64,000 nucleotides of DNA from Eledone cirrhosa (lineage: Eukaryota): contig OZ024744.1 in NCBI GenBank assembly GCA_964016885.1, positions 3,906,001 through 3,970,000 of the forward strand, in the 5' to 3' direction. The notes below the pieces were generated by a model, which saw only the letters and a program-made list of their open reading frames with translations, searched no databases and was not told the DNA's origin. Below, piece after piece: positions 24,901-39,600 of the stretch (its first letter is position 1; each line of letters starts with the position of its first letter). The position numbers were made by a program, and so were the translations under genes.

Positions 24901-27900
24901 AGACAAGGTAGAGAAAGATAGCTTGGTGAAGAACGAAGTTTTGGGAGGAGACAAGGTAGAGAAAGATATCTTGGTGAAGAACGAAGTTTTGACGGAAGAC
25001 AAGATAGAGAAAGATAGCTTGGTGAAGAATGACGTTTTGTGGGAAGACAAGGTAGAGAAAGATAGCTTGGTGAAGAACGAAGTTTTGTGTGAAGACAAGC
25101 TAGAGAAAGATAGCTTGGTGAAGAACGAAGTTTTGAGGGAAGACAAGGTAGAGAAAGATAGCTTGGTGAATAACGAAGTTTTGGGAGAGGACAAGGTAGA
25201 GAAAGATAGCTTGGTGAAGAACGAAGTTTTGGGGGAAGACAAGGTAGAGAAAGATAGCTTGGTGAAGAACGAAGTTTTGAGGGAAGACAAGGTAGAGAAA
25301 GATAGCTTGGTGAATAACGAAGTTTTGGGGGAAGACAAGGTAGAGAAAGATCGCTTGGTGAATAACGAAGTTTTGGGAGAAGACAAGGTCGAGAAAGATA
25401 GCTTGGTGAAGAACGAAATTTTGAGGGAAGACAAGGTAGAGAAAGATAGCTTGGTGAAGAACGACGTTTTGAGGGACGACAAAATAGAGAAAGATAGCTT
25501 GGTGAAGAACGACGTTTTGTGGGATGACAAGGTAGAGAAAGATAGCTTGGTGAAGAACGAAGTTTTGAGGGAAGACGAGGTAGAGAAAGATAGCTTGGTG
25601 AAGAACGAAGTTTTGGGGGAAGACAAGGTAGAGAAAGATAGCTTGGTGAAGAACGAAGTTTGGGGGAAGACAAGGTAGAGAAAGATAGCTTGGTGAAGAA
25701 CGACGTTTTGAGGCAAGACAAGGTCGTGAAAGATAGCTTGGTGAAGAACGAAGTTTTGGGGAAGACAATGTAGAGAAAGATAGCTTGGTGAAGAACGAAG
25801 TTTTGGGGGAAGACAAGGTAGAGAAAGATAGCTTGGTGAAGAACGAAGTTCTGAGGGAAGACAAGGTAGAGAAAGATAGCTTGGTGAAGAACGAAGTTTT
25901 GGGAGGAGACAAGGTAGAGAAAGATATCTTGGTGAAGAACGAAGTTTTGACGAAAGACAAGGTAGAGAAAGATAGCTTGGTGAAGAATGACGTTTTGTGG
26001 GAAGACAAGGTAGAGAAAGATAGCTTGGTGAAGAACGAAGTTTTGTGTGAAGACAAGCTAGAGAAAGATAGCTTGGTGAAGAACGAAGTTTTGGGGGAAG
26101 ACAAGGTAGAGAAAGATAGATTGGTGAAGAACAAAGTTTTGAGGGATGACAAGGTAGAGAAAGATGACTTGGTGAAGAACGAAGTTTTGGGGGAAGACAA
26201 GGTAGAGAAAGATAGCTTGGTGAAGAACGAAGTTTTGAGGGAAGACAAGGTAGAGAAAGATAGCTTGGTGAATAACGAAGTTTTGGGAGAAGACAAGGTA
26301 GAGAAAGATAGCTTGGTGAAGAACGAAGTTTTGGGGGAAGACAAGGTAGAGAAAGATAGCTTGGTGAAGAACGAAGTTTTGAGGGAAGACAAGGTAGAGA
26401 AAGATAGCTTGGTGAAGAACGATGTTTTGAGGGAAGACAAGGTAGAGAAAGATAGCTTGGTGAAGAACGACGTTTTGAGGGAAGACAAGGTAGAGAAAGA
26501 TAGCTTGGTGAAGAATGACGTTTTGTGGGAAGACAAGGTAGAGAAAGATAGCTTGGTGAAGAACGAAGTTTTGTGTGAAGACAAGCTAGAGAAAGATAGC
26601 TTGGTGAAGAACGAAGTTTTAGGGGAAGACAAGGTAGAGAAAGATAGCTTGGTGAAGAACGAAGTTTTCGGGGAAGACAAGGTAGAGAAAGATAGCTTGG
26701 TGAAGAACAAAGTTTTGTGGGAAGACAAGGTAGAGAAAGATAGCTTGGTGAAGAACGAAGTTTTGGGGGAAGACAAGGTAGAGAAAGATAGCTTGGTGAA
26801 GAACGAAGTTCTGAGGGAAGACAAGGTAGAGAAAGATAGCTTGGTGAAGAACGAAGTTTTGGGAGGAGACAAGGTAGAGAAAGATATCTTGGTGAAGAAC
26901 GAAGTTTTGACGGAGGACAAGATAGAGAAAGATAGCTTGGTGAAGAATGACGTTTTGTGGGAAGACAAGGTAGAGAAAGATAGCTTGGTGAAGAACGAAG
27001 TTTTGTGTGAAGACAAGCTAGAGAAAGATAGCTTGGTGAAGAACGAAGTTTTGAGGGAAGACAAGGTAGAGAAAGATAGCTTGGTGAATAACGAAGTTTT
27101 GGGAGAGGACAAGGTAGAGAAAGATAGCTTGGTGAAGAACGAAGTTTTGGGGGAAGACAAGGTAGAGAAAGATAGCTTGGTGAAGAACGAAGTTTTGAGG
27201 GAAGACAAGGTAGAGAAAGATAGCTTGGTGAATAACGAAGTTTTGGGGGAAGACAAGGTAGAGAAAGATCGCTTGGTGAATAACGAAGTTTTGGGAGAAG
27301 ACAAGGTCGAGAAAGATAGCTTGGTGAAGAACGAAATTTTGAGGGAAGACAAGGTAGAGAAAGATAGCTTGGTGAAGAACGACGTTTTGAGGGACGACAA
27401 AATAGAGAAAGATAGCTTGGTGAAGAACGACGTTTTGTGGGATGACAAGGTAGAGAAAGATAGCTTGGTGAAGAACGAAGTTTTGAGGGAAGACGAGGTA
27501 GAGAAAGATAGCTTGGTGAAGAACGAAGTTTTGGGGGAAGACAAGGTAGAGAAAGATAGCTTGGTGAAGAACGAAGTTTGGGGGAAGACAAGGTAGAGAA
27601 AGATATCTTGGTGAAGAACGAAGTTTTGACGAAAGACAAGGTAGAGAAAGATAGCTTGGTGAAGAATGACGTTTTGTGGGAAGACAAGGTAGAGAAAGAT
27701 AGCTTGGTGAAGAACGAAGTTTTGTGTGAAGACAAGCTAGAGAAAGATAGCTTGGTGAAGAACGAAGTTTTGGGGGAAGACAAGGTAGAGAAAGATAGAT
27801 TGGTGAAGAACAAAGTTTTGAGGGATGACAAGGTAGAGAAAGATAGCTTGGTGAATAACGAAGTTTTGGGGGAAGACAAGGTAGAGAAAGATCGCTTGGT

Positions 27901-30900
27901 GAATAACGAAGTTTTGGGAGAAGACAAGGTCGAGAAAGATAGCTTGGTGAAGAACGAAATTTTGAGGGAAGACAAGGTAGAGAAAGATAGCTTGGTGAAG
28001 AACGACGTTTTGAGGGACGACAAAATAGAGAAAGATAGCTTGGTGAAGAACGACGTTTTGTGGGATGACAAGGTAGAGAAAGATAGCTTGGTGAAGAACG
28101 AAGTTTTGAGGGAAGACGAGGTAGAGAAAGATAGCTTGGTGAAGAACGAAGTTTTGGGGGAAGACAAGGTAGAGAAAGATAGCTTGGTGAAGAAAGAAGT
28201 TTGGGGGAAGACAAGGTAGAGAAAGATAGCTTGGTGAAGAACGACGTTTTGAGGGAAGACAAGGTCGTGAAAGATAGCTTGGTGAAGTACGAAGTTTTGG
28301 GGAAGACAATGTAGAGAAAGATAGCTTGGTGAAGAACGAAGTTTTGGGGGAAGACAAGGTAGAGAAAGATAGCTTGGTGAAGAACGAAGTTCTGAGGGAA
28401 GACAAGGTAGAGAAAGATAGCTTGGTGAAGAACGAAGTTTTGGGAGGAGACAAGGTAGAGAAAGATATCTTGGTGAAGAACGAAGTTTTGACGAAAGACA
28501 AGGTAGAGAAAGATAGCTTGGTGAAGAATGACGTTTTGTGGGAAGACAAGGTAGAGAAAGATAGCTTGGTGAAGAACGAAGTTTTGTGTGAAGACAAGCT
28601 AGAGAAAGATAGCTTGGTGAAGAACGAAGTTTTGGGGGAAGACAAGGTAGAGAAAGATAGATTGGTGAAGAACAAAGTTTTGAGGGATGACAAGGTAGAG
28701 AAAGATGACTTGGTGAAGAACGAAGTTTTGGGGGAAGACAAGGTAGAGAAAGATAGCTTGGTGAAGAACGAAGTTTTGAGGGAAGACAAGGTAGAGAAAG
28801 ATAGCTTGGTGAATAACGAAGTTTTGGGAAAAGACAAGGTAGAGAAAGATAGCTTGGTGAAGAACGAAGTTTTGGGGGAAGACAAGGTAGAGAAAGATAG
28901 CTTGGTGAAGAACGAAGTTTTGAGGGAAGACAAGGTAGAGAAAGATAGCTTGGTGAATAACGAAGTTTTGGGGGAAGACAAGGTAGAGAAAGATAGCTTG
29001 GTGAATAACGAAGTTTTGGGAGAAGACAAGGTCGAGAAAGATAGCTTGGTGAAGAACGAAGTTTTGACGGAAGACAAGGTAGAGAAAGATAGCTTGGTGA
29101 AGAATGACGTTTTGTGGGAAGACAAGCTAGAGAAAGATAGCTTGGTGAAGAACGAAGTTTTGTGTGAAGACAAGCTAGAGAAAGATAGCTTGGTGAAGAA
29201 CGAAGTTTTAGGGGAAGACAAGGTAGAGAAAGATAGCTTGGTGAAGAACGAAGTTTTCGGGGAAGACAAGGTAGAGAAAGATAGCTTGGTGAAGAACAAA
29301 GTTTTGTGGGAAGACAAGGTAGAGAAAGATAGCTTGGTGAAGAACGAAGTTTTGGGGGAAGACAAGGTAGAGAAAGATAGCTTGGTGAAGAACGAAGTTC
29401 TGAGGGAAGACAAGGTAGAGAAAGATAGCTTGGTGAAGAACGAAGTTTTGGGAGGAGACAAGGTAGAGAAAGATATCTTGGTGAAGAACGAAGTTTTGAC
29501 GGAAGACAAGATAGAGAAAGATAGCTTGGTGAAGAATGACGTTTTGTGGGAAGACAAGGTAGAGAAAGATAGCTTGGTGAAGATCGAAGTTTTGTGTGAA
29601 GACAAGCTAGAGAAAGATAGCTTGGTGAAGAACGAAGTTTTGAGGGAAGACAAGGTAGAGAAAGATAGCTTGGTGAATAACGAAGTTTTGGGAGAGGACA
29701 AGGTAGAGAAAGATAGCTTGGTGAAGAACGAAGTTTTGGGGGAAGACAAGGTAGAGAAAGATAGCTTGGTGAAGAACGAAGTTTTGAGGGAAGACAAGGT
29801 AGAGAAAGATAGCTTGGTGAATAACGAAGTTTTGGGGGAAGACAAGGTAGAGAAAGATCGCTTGGTGAATAACGAAGTTTTGGGAGAAGACAAGGTCGAG
29901 AAAGATAGCTTGGTGAAGAACGAAATTTTGAGGGAAGACAAGGTAGAGAAAGATAGCTTGGTGAAGAACGACGTTTTGAGGGACGACAAAATAGAGAAAG
30001 ATAGCTTGGTGAAGAACGACGTTTTGTGGGATGACAAGGTAGAGAAAGATAGCTTGGTGAAGAACGAAGTTTTGAGGGAAGACGAGGTAGAGAAAGATAG
30101 CTTGGTGAAGAACGAAGTTTGGGGGAAGACAAGGTAGAGAAAGATAGCTTGGTGAAGAACGAAGTTTGGGGGAAGACAAGGTAGAGAAAGATAGCTTGGT
30201 GAAGAACGACGTTTTGAGGCAAGACAAGGTCGTGAAAGATAGCTTGGTGAAGAACGAAGTTTTGGGGAAGACAATGTAGAGAAAGATAGCTTGGTGAAGA
30301 ACGAAGTTTTGGGGGAAGACAAGGTAGAGAAAGATAGCTTGGTGAAGAACGAAGTTCTGAGGGAAGACAAGGTAGAGAAAGATAGCTTGGTGAAGAACGA
30401 AGTTTTGGGAGGAGACAAGGTAGAGAAAGATATCTTGGTGAAGAACGAAGTTTTGACGAAAGACAAGGTAGAGAAAGATAGCTTGGTGAAGAATGACGTT
30501 TTGTGGGAAGACAAGGTAGAGAAAGATAGCTTGGTGAAGAACGAAGTTTTGTGTGAAGACAAGCTAGAGAAAGATAGCTTGGTGAAGAACGAAGTTTTGG
30601 GGGAAGACAAGGTAGAGAAAGATAGATTGGTGAAGAACAAAGTTTTGAGGGATGACAAGGTAGAGAAAGATGACTTGGTGAAGAACGAAGTTTTGGGGGA
30701 AGACAAGGTAGAGAAAGATAGCTTGGTGAAGAACGAAGTTTTGAGGGAAGACAAGGTAGAGAAAGATAGCTTGGTGAATAACGAAGTTTTGGGAGAAGAC
30801 AAGGTAGAGAAAGATAGCTTGGTGAAGAACGAAGTTTTGGGGGAAGACAAGGTAGAGAAAGATAGCTTGGTGAAGAACGAAGTTTTGAGGGAAGACAAGG

Positions 30901-33900
30901 TAGAGAAAGATAGCTTGGTGAAGAACGATGTTTTGAGGGAAGACAAGGTAGAGAAAGATAGCTTGGTGAAGAACGACGTTTTGAGGGAAGACAAGGTAGA
31001 GAAAGATAGCTTGGTGAAGAATGACGTTTTGTGGGAAGACAAGGTAGAGAAAGATAGCTTGGTGAAGAACGAAGTTTTCGGGGAAGACAAGGTAGAGAAA
31101 GATAGCTTGGTGAAGAACAAAGTTTTGTGGGAAGACAAGGTAGAGAAAGATAGCTTGGTGAAGAACGAAGTTTTGGGGGAAGACAAGGTAGAGAAAGATA
31201 GCTTGGTGAAGAACGAAGTTCTGAGGGAAGACAAGGTAGAGAAAGATAGCTTGGTGAAGAACGAAGTTTTGGGAGGAGACAAGGTAGAGAAAGATATCTT
31301 GGTGAAGAACGAAGTTTTGACGGAAGACAAGATAGAGAAAGATAGCTTGGTGAAGAATGACGTTTTGTGGGAAGACAAGGTAGAGAAAGATAGCTTGGTG
31401 AAGAACGAAGTTTTGTGTGAAGACAAGCTAGAGAAAGATAGCTTGGTGAAGAACGAAGTTTTGAGGGAAGACAAGGTAGAGAAAGATAGCTTGGTGAATA
31501 ACGAAGTTTTGGGAGAGGACAAGGTAGAGAAAGATAGCTTGGTGAAGAACGAAGTTTTGGGGGAAGACAAGGTAGAGAAAGATAGCTTGGTGAAGAACGA
31601 AGTTTTGAGGGAAGACAAGGTAGAGAAAGATAGCTTGGTGAATAACGAAGTTTTGGGGGAAGACAAGGTAGAGAAAGATCGCTTGGTGAATAACGAAGTT
31701 TTGGGAGAAGACAAGGTCGAGAAAGATAGCTTGGTGAAGAACGAAATTTTGAGGGAAGACAAGGTAGAGAAAGATAGCTTGGTGAAGAACGACGTTTTGA
31801 GGGACGACAAAATAGAGAAAGATAGCTTGGTGAAGAACGACGTTTTGTGGGATGACAAGGTAGAGAAAGATAGCTTGGTGAAGAACGAAGTTTTGAGGGA
31901 AGACGAGGTAGAGAAAGATAGCTTGGTGAAGAACGAAGTTTTGGGGGAAGACAAGGTAGAGAAAGATAGCTTGGTGAAGAACGAAGTTTGGGGGAAGACA
32001 AGGTAGAGAAAGATAGCTTGGTGAAGAACGACGTTTTGAGGCAAGACAAGGTCGTGAAAGATAGCTTGGTGAAGAACGAAGTTTTGGGGAAGACAATGTA
32101 GAGAAAGATAGCTTGGTGAAGAACGAAGTTTTGGGGGAAGACAAGGTAGAGAAAGATAGCTTGGTGAAGAACGAAGTTCTGAGGGAAGACAAGGTAGAGA
32201 AAGATAGCTTGGTGAAGAACGAAGTTTTGGGAGGAGACAAGGTAGAGAAAGATATCTTGGTGAAGAACGAAGTTTTGACGAAAGACAAGGTAGAGAAAGA
32301 TAGCTTGGTGAAGAATGACGTTTTGTGGGAAGACAAGGTAGAGAAAGATAGCTTGGTGAAGAACGAAGTTTTGTGTGAAGACAAGCTAGAGAAAGATAGC
32401 TTGGTGAAGAACGAAGTTTTGGGGGAAGACAAGGTAGAGAAAGATAGATTGGTGAAGAACAAAGTTTTGAGGGATGACAAGGTAGAGAAAGATGACTTGG
32501 TGAAGAACGAAGTTTTGGGGGAAGACAAGGTAGAGAAAGATAGCTTGGTGAAGAACGAAGTTTTGAGGGAAGACAAGGTAGAGAAAGATAGCTTGGTGAA
32601 TAACGAAGTTTTGGGAGAAGACAAGGTAGAGAAAGATAGCTTGGTGAAGAACGAAGTTTTGGGGGAAGACAAGGTAGAGAAAGATAGCTTGGTGAAGAAC
32701 GAAGTTTTGAGGGAAGACAAGGTAGAGAAAGATAGCTTGGTGAAGAACGATGTTTTGAGGGAAGACAAGGTAGAGAAAGATAGCTTGGTGAAGAACGACG
32801 TTTTGAGGGAAGACAAGGTAGAGAAAGATAGCTTGGTGAAGAATGACGTTTTGTGGGAAGACAAGGTAGAGAAAGATAGCTTGGTGAAGAACGAAGTTTT
32901 GTGTGAAGACAAGCTAGAGAAAGATAGCTTGGTGAAGAACGAAGTTTTAGGGGAAGACAAGGTAGAGAAAGATAGCTTGGTGAAGAACGAAGTTTTCGGG
33001 GAAGACAAGGTAGAGAAAGATAGCTTGGTGAAGAACAAAGTTTTGTGGGAAGACAAGGTAGAGAAAGATAGCTTGGTGAAGAACGAAGTTTTGGGGGAAG
33101 ACAAGGTAGAGAAAGATAGCTTGGTGAAGAACGAAGTTCTGAGGGAAGACAAGGTAGAGAAAGATAGCTTGGTGAAGAACGAAGTTTTGGGAGGAGACAA
33201 GGTAGAGAAAGATATCTTGGTGAAGAACGAAGTTTTGACGGAGGACAAGATAGAGAAAGATAGCTTGGTGAAGAATGACGTTTTGTGGGAAGACAAGGTA
33301 GAGAAAGATAGCTTGGTGAAGAACGAAGTTTTGTGTGAAGACAAGCTAGAGAAAGATAGCTTGGTGAAGAACGAAGTTTTGAGGGAAGACAAGGTAGAGA
33401 AAGATAGCTTGGTGAATAACGAAGTTTTGGGAGAGGACAAGGTAGAGAAAGATAGCTTGGTGAAGAACGAAGTTTTGGGGGAAGACAAGGTAGAGAAAGA
33501 TAGCTTGGTGAAGAACGAAGTTTTGAGGGAAGACAAGGTAGAGAAAGATAGCTTGGTGAATAACGAAGTTTTGGGGGAAGACAAGGTAGAGAAAGATCGC
33601 TTGGTGAATAACGAAGTTTTGGGAGAAGACAAGGTCGAGAAAGATAGCTTGGTGAAGAACGAAATTTTGAGGGAAGACAAGGTAGAGAAAGATAGCTTGG
33701 TGAAGAACGACGTTTTGAGGGACGACAAAATAGAGAAAGATAGCTTGGTGAAGAACGACGTTTTGTGGGATGACAAGGTAGAGAAAGATAGCTTGGTGAA
33801 GAACGAAGTTTTGAGGGAAGACGAGGTAGAGAAAGATAGCTTGGTGAAGAACGAAGTTTTGGGGGAAGACAAGGTAGAGAAAGATAGCTTGGTGAAGAAC

Positions 33901-36620
33901 GAAGTTTGGGGGAAGACAAGGTAGAGAAAGATAGCTTGGTGAAGAACGACGTTTTGAGGGAAGACAAGGTCGTGAAAGATAGCTTGGTGAAGAACGAAGT
34001 TTTGGGGAAGACAATGTAGAGAAAGATAGCTTGGTGAAGAACGAAGTTTTGGGGGAAGACAAGGTAGAGAAAGATAGCTTGGTGAAGAACGAAGTTCTGA
34101 GGGAAGACAAGGTAGAGAAAGATAGCTTGGTGAAGAACGAAGTTTTGGGAGGAGACAAGGTAGAGAAAGATATCTTGGTGAAGAACGAAGTTTTGACGAA
34201 AGACAAGGTAGAGAAAGATAGCTTGGTGAAGAATGACGTTTTGTGGGAAGACAAGGTAGAGAAAGATAGCTTGGTGAAGAACGAAGTTTTGTGTGAAGAC
34301 AAGCTAGAGAAAGATAGCTTGGTGAAGAACGAAGTTTTGGGGGAAGACAAGGTAGAGAAAGATAGATTGGTGAAGAACAAAGTTTTGAGGGATGACAAGG
34401 TAGAGAAAGATGACTTGGTGAAGAACGAAGTTTTGGGGGAAGACAAGGTAGAGAAAGATAGCTTGGTGAAGAACGAAGTTTTGAGGGAAGACAAGGTAGA
34501 GAAAGATAGCTTGGAGAATAACGAAGTTTTGGGAGAAGACAAGGTAGAGAAAGATAGCTTGGTGAAGAACGAAGTTTTGGGGGAAGACAAGGTAGAGAAA
34601 GATAGCTTGGTGAAGAACGAAGTTTTGAGGGAAGACAAGGTAGAGAAAGATAGCTTGGTGAAGAACGATGTTTTGAGGGAAGACAAGGTAGAGAAAGATA
34701 GCTTGGTGAAGAACGACGTTTTGAGGGAAGACAAGGTAGAGAAAGATAGCTTGGTGAAGAACGACGTTTTGTGGGAAGACAAGGTAGAGAAAGATAGCTT
34801 GGTGAAGAACGAAGTTTTGGGAGGAGACAAGGTAGAGAAAGATATCTTGGTGAAGAACGAAGTTTTGACGAAAGACAAGGTAGAGAAAGATAGCTTGGTG
34901 AAGAATGACGTTTTGTGGGAAGACAAGGTAGAGAAAGATAGCTTGGTGAAGAACGAAGTTTTGTGTGAAGACAAGCTAGAGAAAGATAGCTTGGTGAAGA
35001 ACGAAGTTTTGGGGGAAGACAAGGTAGAGAAAGATAGATTGGTGAAGAACAAAGTTTTGAGGGATGACAAGGTAGAGAAAGATGACTTGGTGAAGAACGA
35101 AGTTTTGGGGGAAGACAAGGTAGAGAAAGATAGCTTGGTGAAGAACGAAGTTTTGAGGGAAGACAAGGTAGAGAAAGATAGCTTGGTGAATAACGAAGTT
35201 TTGGGAGAAGACAAGGTAGAGAAAGATAGCTTGGTGAAGAACGAAGTTTTGGGGGAAGACAAGGTAGAGAAAGATAGCTTGGTGAAGAACGAAGTTTTGA
35301 GGGAAGACAAGGTAGAGAAAGATAGCTTGGTGAAGAACGATGTTTTGAGGGAAGACAAGGTAGAGAAAGATAGCTTGGTGAAGAACGACGTTTTGAGGGA
35401 AGACAAGGTAGAGAAAGATAGCTTGGTGAAGAATGACGTTTTGTGGGAAGACAAGGTAGAGAAAGATAGCTTGGTGAAGAACGAAGTTTTGTGTGAAGAC
35501 AAGCTAGAGAAAGATAGCTTGGTGAAGAACGAAGTTTTAGGGGAAGACAAGGTAGAGAAAGATAGCTTGGTGAAGAACGAAGTTTTCGGGGAAGACAAGG
35601 TAGAGAAAGATAGCTTGGTGAAGAACAAAGTTTTGTGGGAAGACAAGGTAGAGAAAGATAGCTTGGTGAAGAACGAAGTTTTGGGGGAAGACAAGGTAGA
35701 GAAAGATAGCTTGGTGAAGAACGAAGTTCTGAGGGAAGACAAGGTAGAGAAAGATAGCTTGGTGAAGAACGAAGTTTTGGGAGGAGACATGGTAGAGAAA
35801 GATATCTTGGTGAAGAACGAAGTTTTGACGGAAGACAAGATAGAGAAAGATAGCTTGGTGAAGAATGACGTTTTGTGGGAAGACAAGGTAGAGAAAGATA
35901 GCTTGGTGAAGAACGAAGTTTTGTGTGAAGACAAGCTAGAGAAAGATAGCTTGGTGAAGAACGAAGTTTTGAGGGAAGACAAGGTAGAGAAAGATAGCTT
36001 GGTGAATAACGAAGTTTTGGGAGAGGACAAGGTAGAGAAAGATAGCTTGGTGAAGAACGAAGTTTTGGGGGAAGACAAGGTAGAGAAAGATAGCTTGGTG
36101 AAGAACGAAGTTTTGAGGGAAGACAAGGTAGAGAAAGATAGCTTGGTGAATAACGAAGTTTTGGGGGAAGACAAGGTAGAGAAAGATCGCTTGGTGAATA
36201 ACGAAGTTTTGGGAGAAGACAAGGTCGAGAAAGATAGCTTGGTGAAGAACGAAATTTTGAGGGAAGACAAGGTAGAGAAAGATAGCTTGGTGAAGAACGA
36301 CGTTTTGAGGGACGACAAAATAGAGAAAGATAGCTTGGTGAAGAACGACGTTTTGTGGGATGACAAGGTAGAGAAAGATAGCTTGGTGAAGAACGAAGTT
36401 TTGAGGGAAGACGAGGTAGAGAAAGATAGCTTGGTGAAGAACGAAGTTTTGGGGGAAGACAAGGTAGAGAAAGATAGCTTGGTGAAGAACGAAGTTTGGG
36501 GGAAGACAAGGTAGAGAAAGATAGCTTGGTGAAGAACGACGTTTTGAGGGAAGACAAGGTCGTGAAAGATAGCTTGGTGAAGAACGAAGTTTTGGGGAAG
36601 ACAATGTAGAGAAAGATAGC
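21901..36620 (+). repeat. HOR domain 2: ~1.9-kb 40/41-mer units with rearranged 38-, 53- and 54-mer derivatives
   Basis: Unit starts at 21901, 23819, 25785, 28326, 30291, 32113, 34031 and 36621. Spacings are 1918 (40x48-2), 1966 (41x48-2), 2541, 1965, 1822, 1918 and 2590. Diagnostic alleles GATCGC, GAAATTTTG and GACGACAAAATA recur in each unit. Confidence 0.93.
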
Positions 36621-39600
36621 TTGGTGAAGAACGAAGTTTTGGGGGAAGACAAGGTAGAGAAAGATAGCTTGGTGAAGAACGAAGTTCTGAGGGAAGACAA
36701 GGTAGAGAAAGATAGCTTGGTGAAGAACGAAGTTTTGGGAGGAGACAAGGTAGAGAAAGATATCTTGGTGAAGAACGAAGTTTTGACGAAAGACAAGGTA
36801 GAGAAAGATAGCTTGGTGAAGAATGACGTTTTGTGGGAAGACAAGGTAGAGAAAGATAGCTTGGTGAAGAACGAAGTTTTGTGTGAAGACAAGCTAGAGA
36901 AAGATAGCTTGGTGAAGAACGAAGTTTTGGGGGAAGACAAGGTAGAGAAAGATAGATTGGTGAAGAACAAAGTTTTGAGGGATGACAAGGTAGAGAAAGA
37001 TGACTTGGTGAAGAACGAAGTTTTGGGGGAAGACAAGGTAGAGAAAGATAGCTTGGTGAAGAACGAAGTTTTGAGGGAAGACAAGGTAGAGAAAGATAGC
37101 TTGGTGAATAACGAAGTTTTGGGAGAAGACAAGGTAGAGAAAGATAGCTTGGTGAAGAACGAAGTTTTGGGGGAAGACAAGGTAGAGAAAGATAGCTTGG
37201 TGAAGAACGAAGTTTTGAGGGAAGACAAGGTAGAGAAAGATAGCTTGGTGAAGAACGATGTTTTGAGGGAAGACAAGGTAGAGAAAGATAGCTTGGTGAA
37301 GAACGACGTTTTGAGGGAAGACAAGGTAGAGAAAGATAGCTTGGTGAAGAACGACGTTTTGTGGGAAGACAAGGTAGAGAAAGATAGCTTGGTGAAGAAC
37401 GAAGTTTTGGGGGAATTCAAGGTAGAGAAAGATAGCTTGGTGAAGAACGAAGTTTTGGGGGAAGACAAGGTAGAAAAAGAGAGCTTGGTGAAGAACGACG
37501 TTTTGATGAAAGACAAGGTAGAGAAAGATAGCTTGGTGAAGAACGAAGTTTTGGGGAAGACAATGTAGAGAAAGATAGCTTGGTGAAGAACGACGTTTTG
37601 GGGGAAGACAAGGTAGAGAAAGATAGCTTGGTGAAGAACGAATTTCTGAGGGAAGACAAGGTAGAGAAAGATAGCTTGGTGAAGAACGAAGTTTTGGGAG
37701 AAGACAAGGTAGAGAAAGATATCTTGGTGAAGAACGAAGTTTTGACGGAAGACAAGGTAGAGAAAGATAGCTTGGTGAAGAATGACGTTTTGTGGGAAGA
37801 CAAGGTAGAGAAAGATAGCTTGGTGAAGAACGAAGTTTTGTGTGAAGACAAGGTAGAGAAAGATAGCTTGGTGAAGAACGAAGTTTTGGGGGAAGACAAG
37901 GCAGAGAAAGATAGATTGGTGAAGAACGAAGTTTTGAGGGATGACAAGGTAGAGAAAGATGACTTGGTGAAGAAAGAAGTTTTGGGGGAAGACAAGGTAG
38001 AGAAAGATAGCTTGGTGAAGAACGAAGTTTTGGGGGAAGACAAGGTAGAGAAAGATAGCTTGGTGAAGAACGAAGTTTTGAGGGAAGACAAGGTAGAGAA
38101 AGATAGCTTGGTGAATAACGAAGTTTTGGGAGAAGACAAGGTAGAGAAAGATAGCTTGGTTAAGAACGATGTTTTGAGGGAAGACAAGGTAGAGAAAGAT
38201 AGCTTGGTGAAGAACGACGTTTTGAGGGAAGACAAGGTAGAGAAAGATAGCTTGGTGAAGAACGAAGTTCTGAGGGAAGACAAGGTAGAGAAAGATAGCT
38301 TGGTGAAGAACGAAGTTTTGGGAGAAAACAAGGTAGAGAAAGATATCTTGGTGAAGAACGAATTTCGACGGAAGACAAGGTAGAGAAAGATAGCTTGGTG
38401 AAGAATGACGTTTTGTGGGAAGACAAGGTAGAGAAAGATATCTTGGTGAAGAACGAAGTTTTGTGTGAAGACAAGCTAGAGAAAGATAGCTTGGTGAAGA
38501 ACGAAGTTTTGGGGGATGACAAGGTAGAGAAAGATAGCTTGGTGAAGAACGAAGTTTTGGGGGAAGACGAGGTAGAGAAAGATAGCTTGGTGAAGAACGA
38601 AGTTTTGAGGGAAGACAAGGTAGAGAAAGATAGCTTGGTGAATAACGAAGTTTTGGGGGAAGACAAGGTAGAGAAAGATAGCTTGGTGAAGAACGATGTT
38701 TTGAGGGAAGACAAGGTAGAGAAAGATAGCTTGGTGAAGAACGACGTTTTGAGGGAAGACAAGGTAGAGAAAGATAGCTTGGTGAAGAACGACGTTTTGT
38801 GAGAAGACAAGTTAGAGAAAGATAGCTTGGTGAAGAACGAAGTTTTGGGGGAAGACAAGTTAGAGAAAGATAGCTTGGTGAAGAACGAAGTTTTGACGGA
38901 AGACAAGGTAGAGAAAGATAGCTTGGTGAAGAATGACGTTTTGTGGGAAGACAAGGTAGAGAAAGATAGCTTGGTGAAGAACGAAGTTTTGTGTGAAGAC
39001 AAGCTAGAGAAAGATAGCTTGGTGAAGAACGAAGTTTTAGGGGAAGACAAGGTAGAGAAAGATAGCTTGGTGAAGAACGAAGTTTTCGGGGAAGACAAGG
39101 TAGAGAAAGATAGCTTGGTGAAGAACAAAGTTTTGGGGGAAGACAAGGTAGAGAAAGATAGCTTGGTGAAGAACAAAGTTTTGGGGGAAGACAAGGTAGA
39201 GAAAGATAGCTTGGTGAAGAACGAAGTTCTGAGGGAAGACAAGGTACAGAAAGATAGCTTGGTGAAGAACGAAGTTTTGGGAGGAGACAAGGTAGAGAAA
39301 GATATCTTGGTGAAGAACGAAGTTTTGACGGAAGACAAGATAGAGAAATATAGCTTGGTGAAGAATGACGTTTTGTGGGAAGACAAGGTAGAGAAAGATA
39401 GCTTGGTGAAGAACGAAGTTTTGTGTGAAGACAAGCTAGAGAAAGATAGCTTGGTGAAGAACGAAGTTTTGAGGGAAGACAAGGTAGAGAAAGATAGCTT
39501 GGTGAATAACGAAGTTTTGGGAGAAGACAAGGTAGAGAAAGATAGCTTTGTGAAGAACGAAGTTTTGGGGGAAGACAAGGTAGAGAAAGATAGCTTGGTG

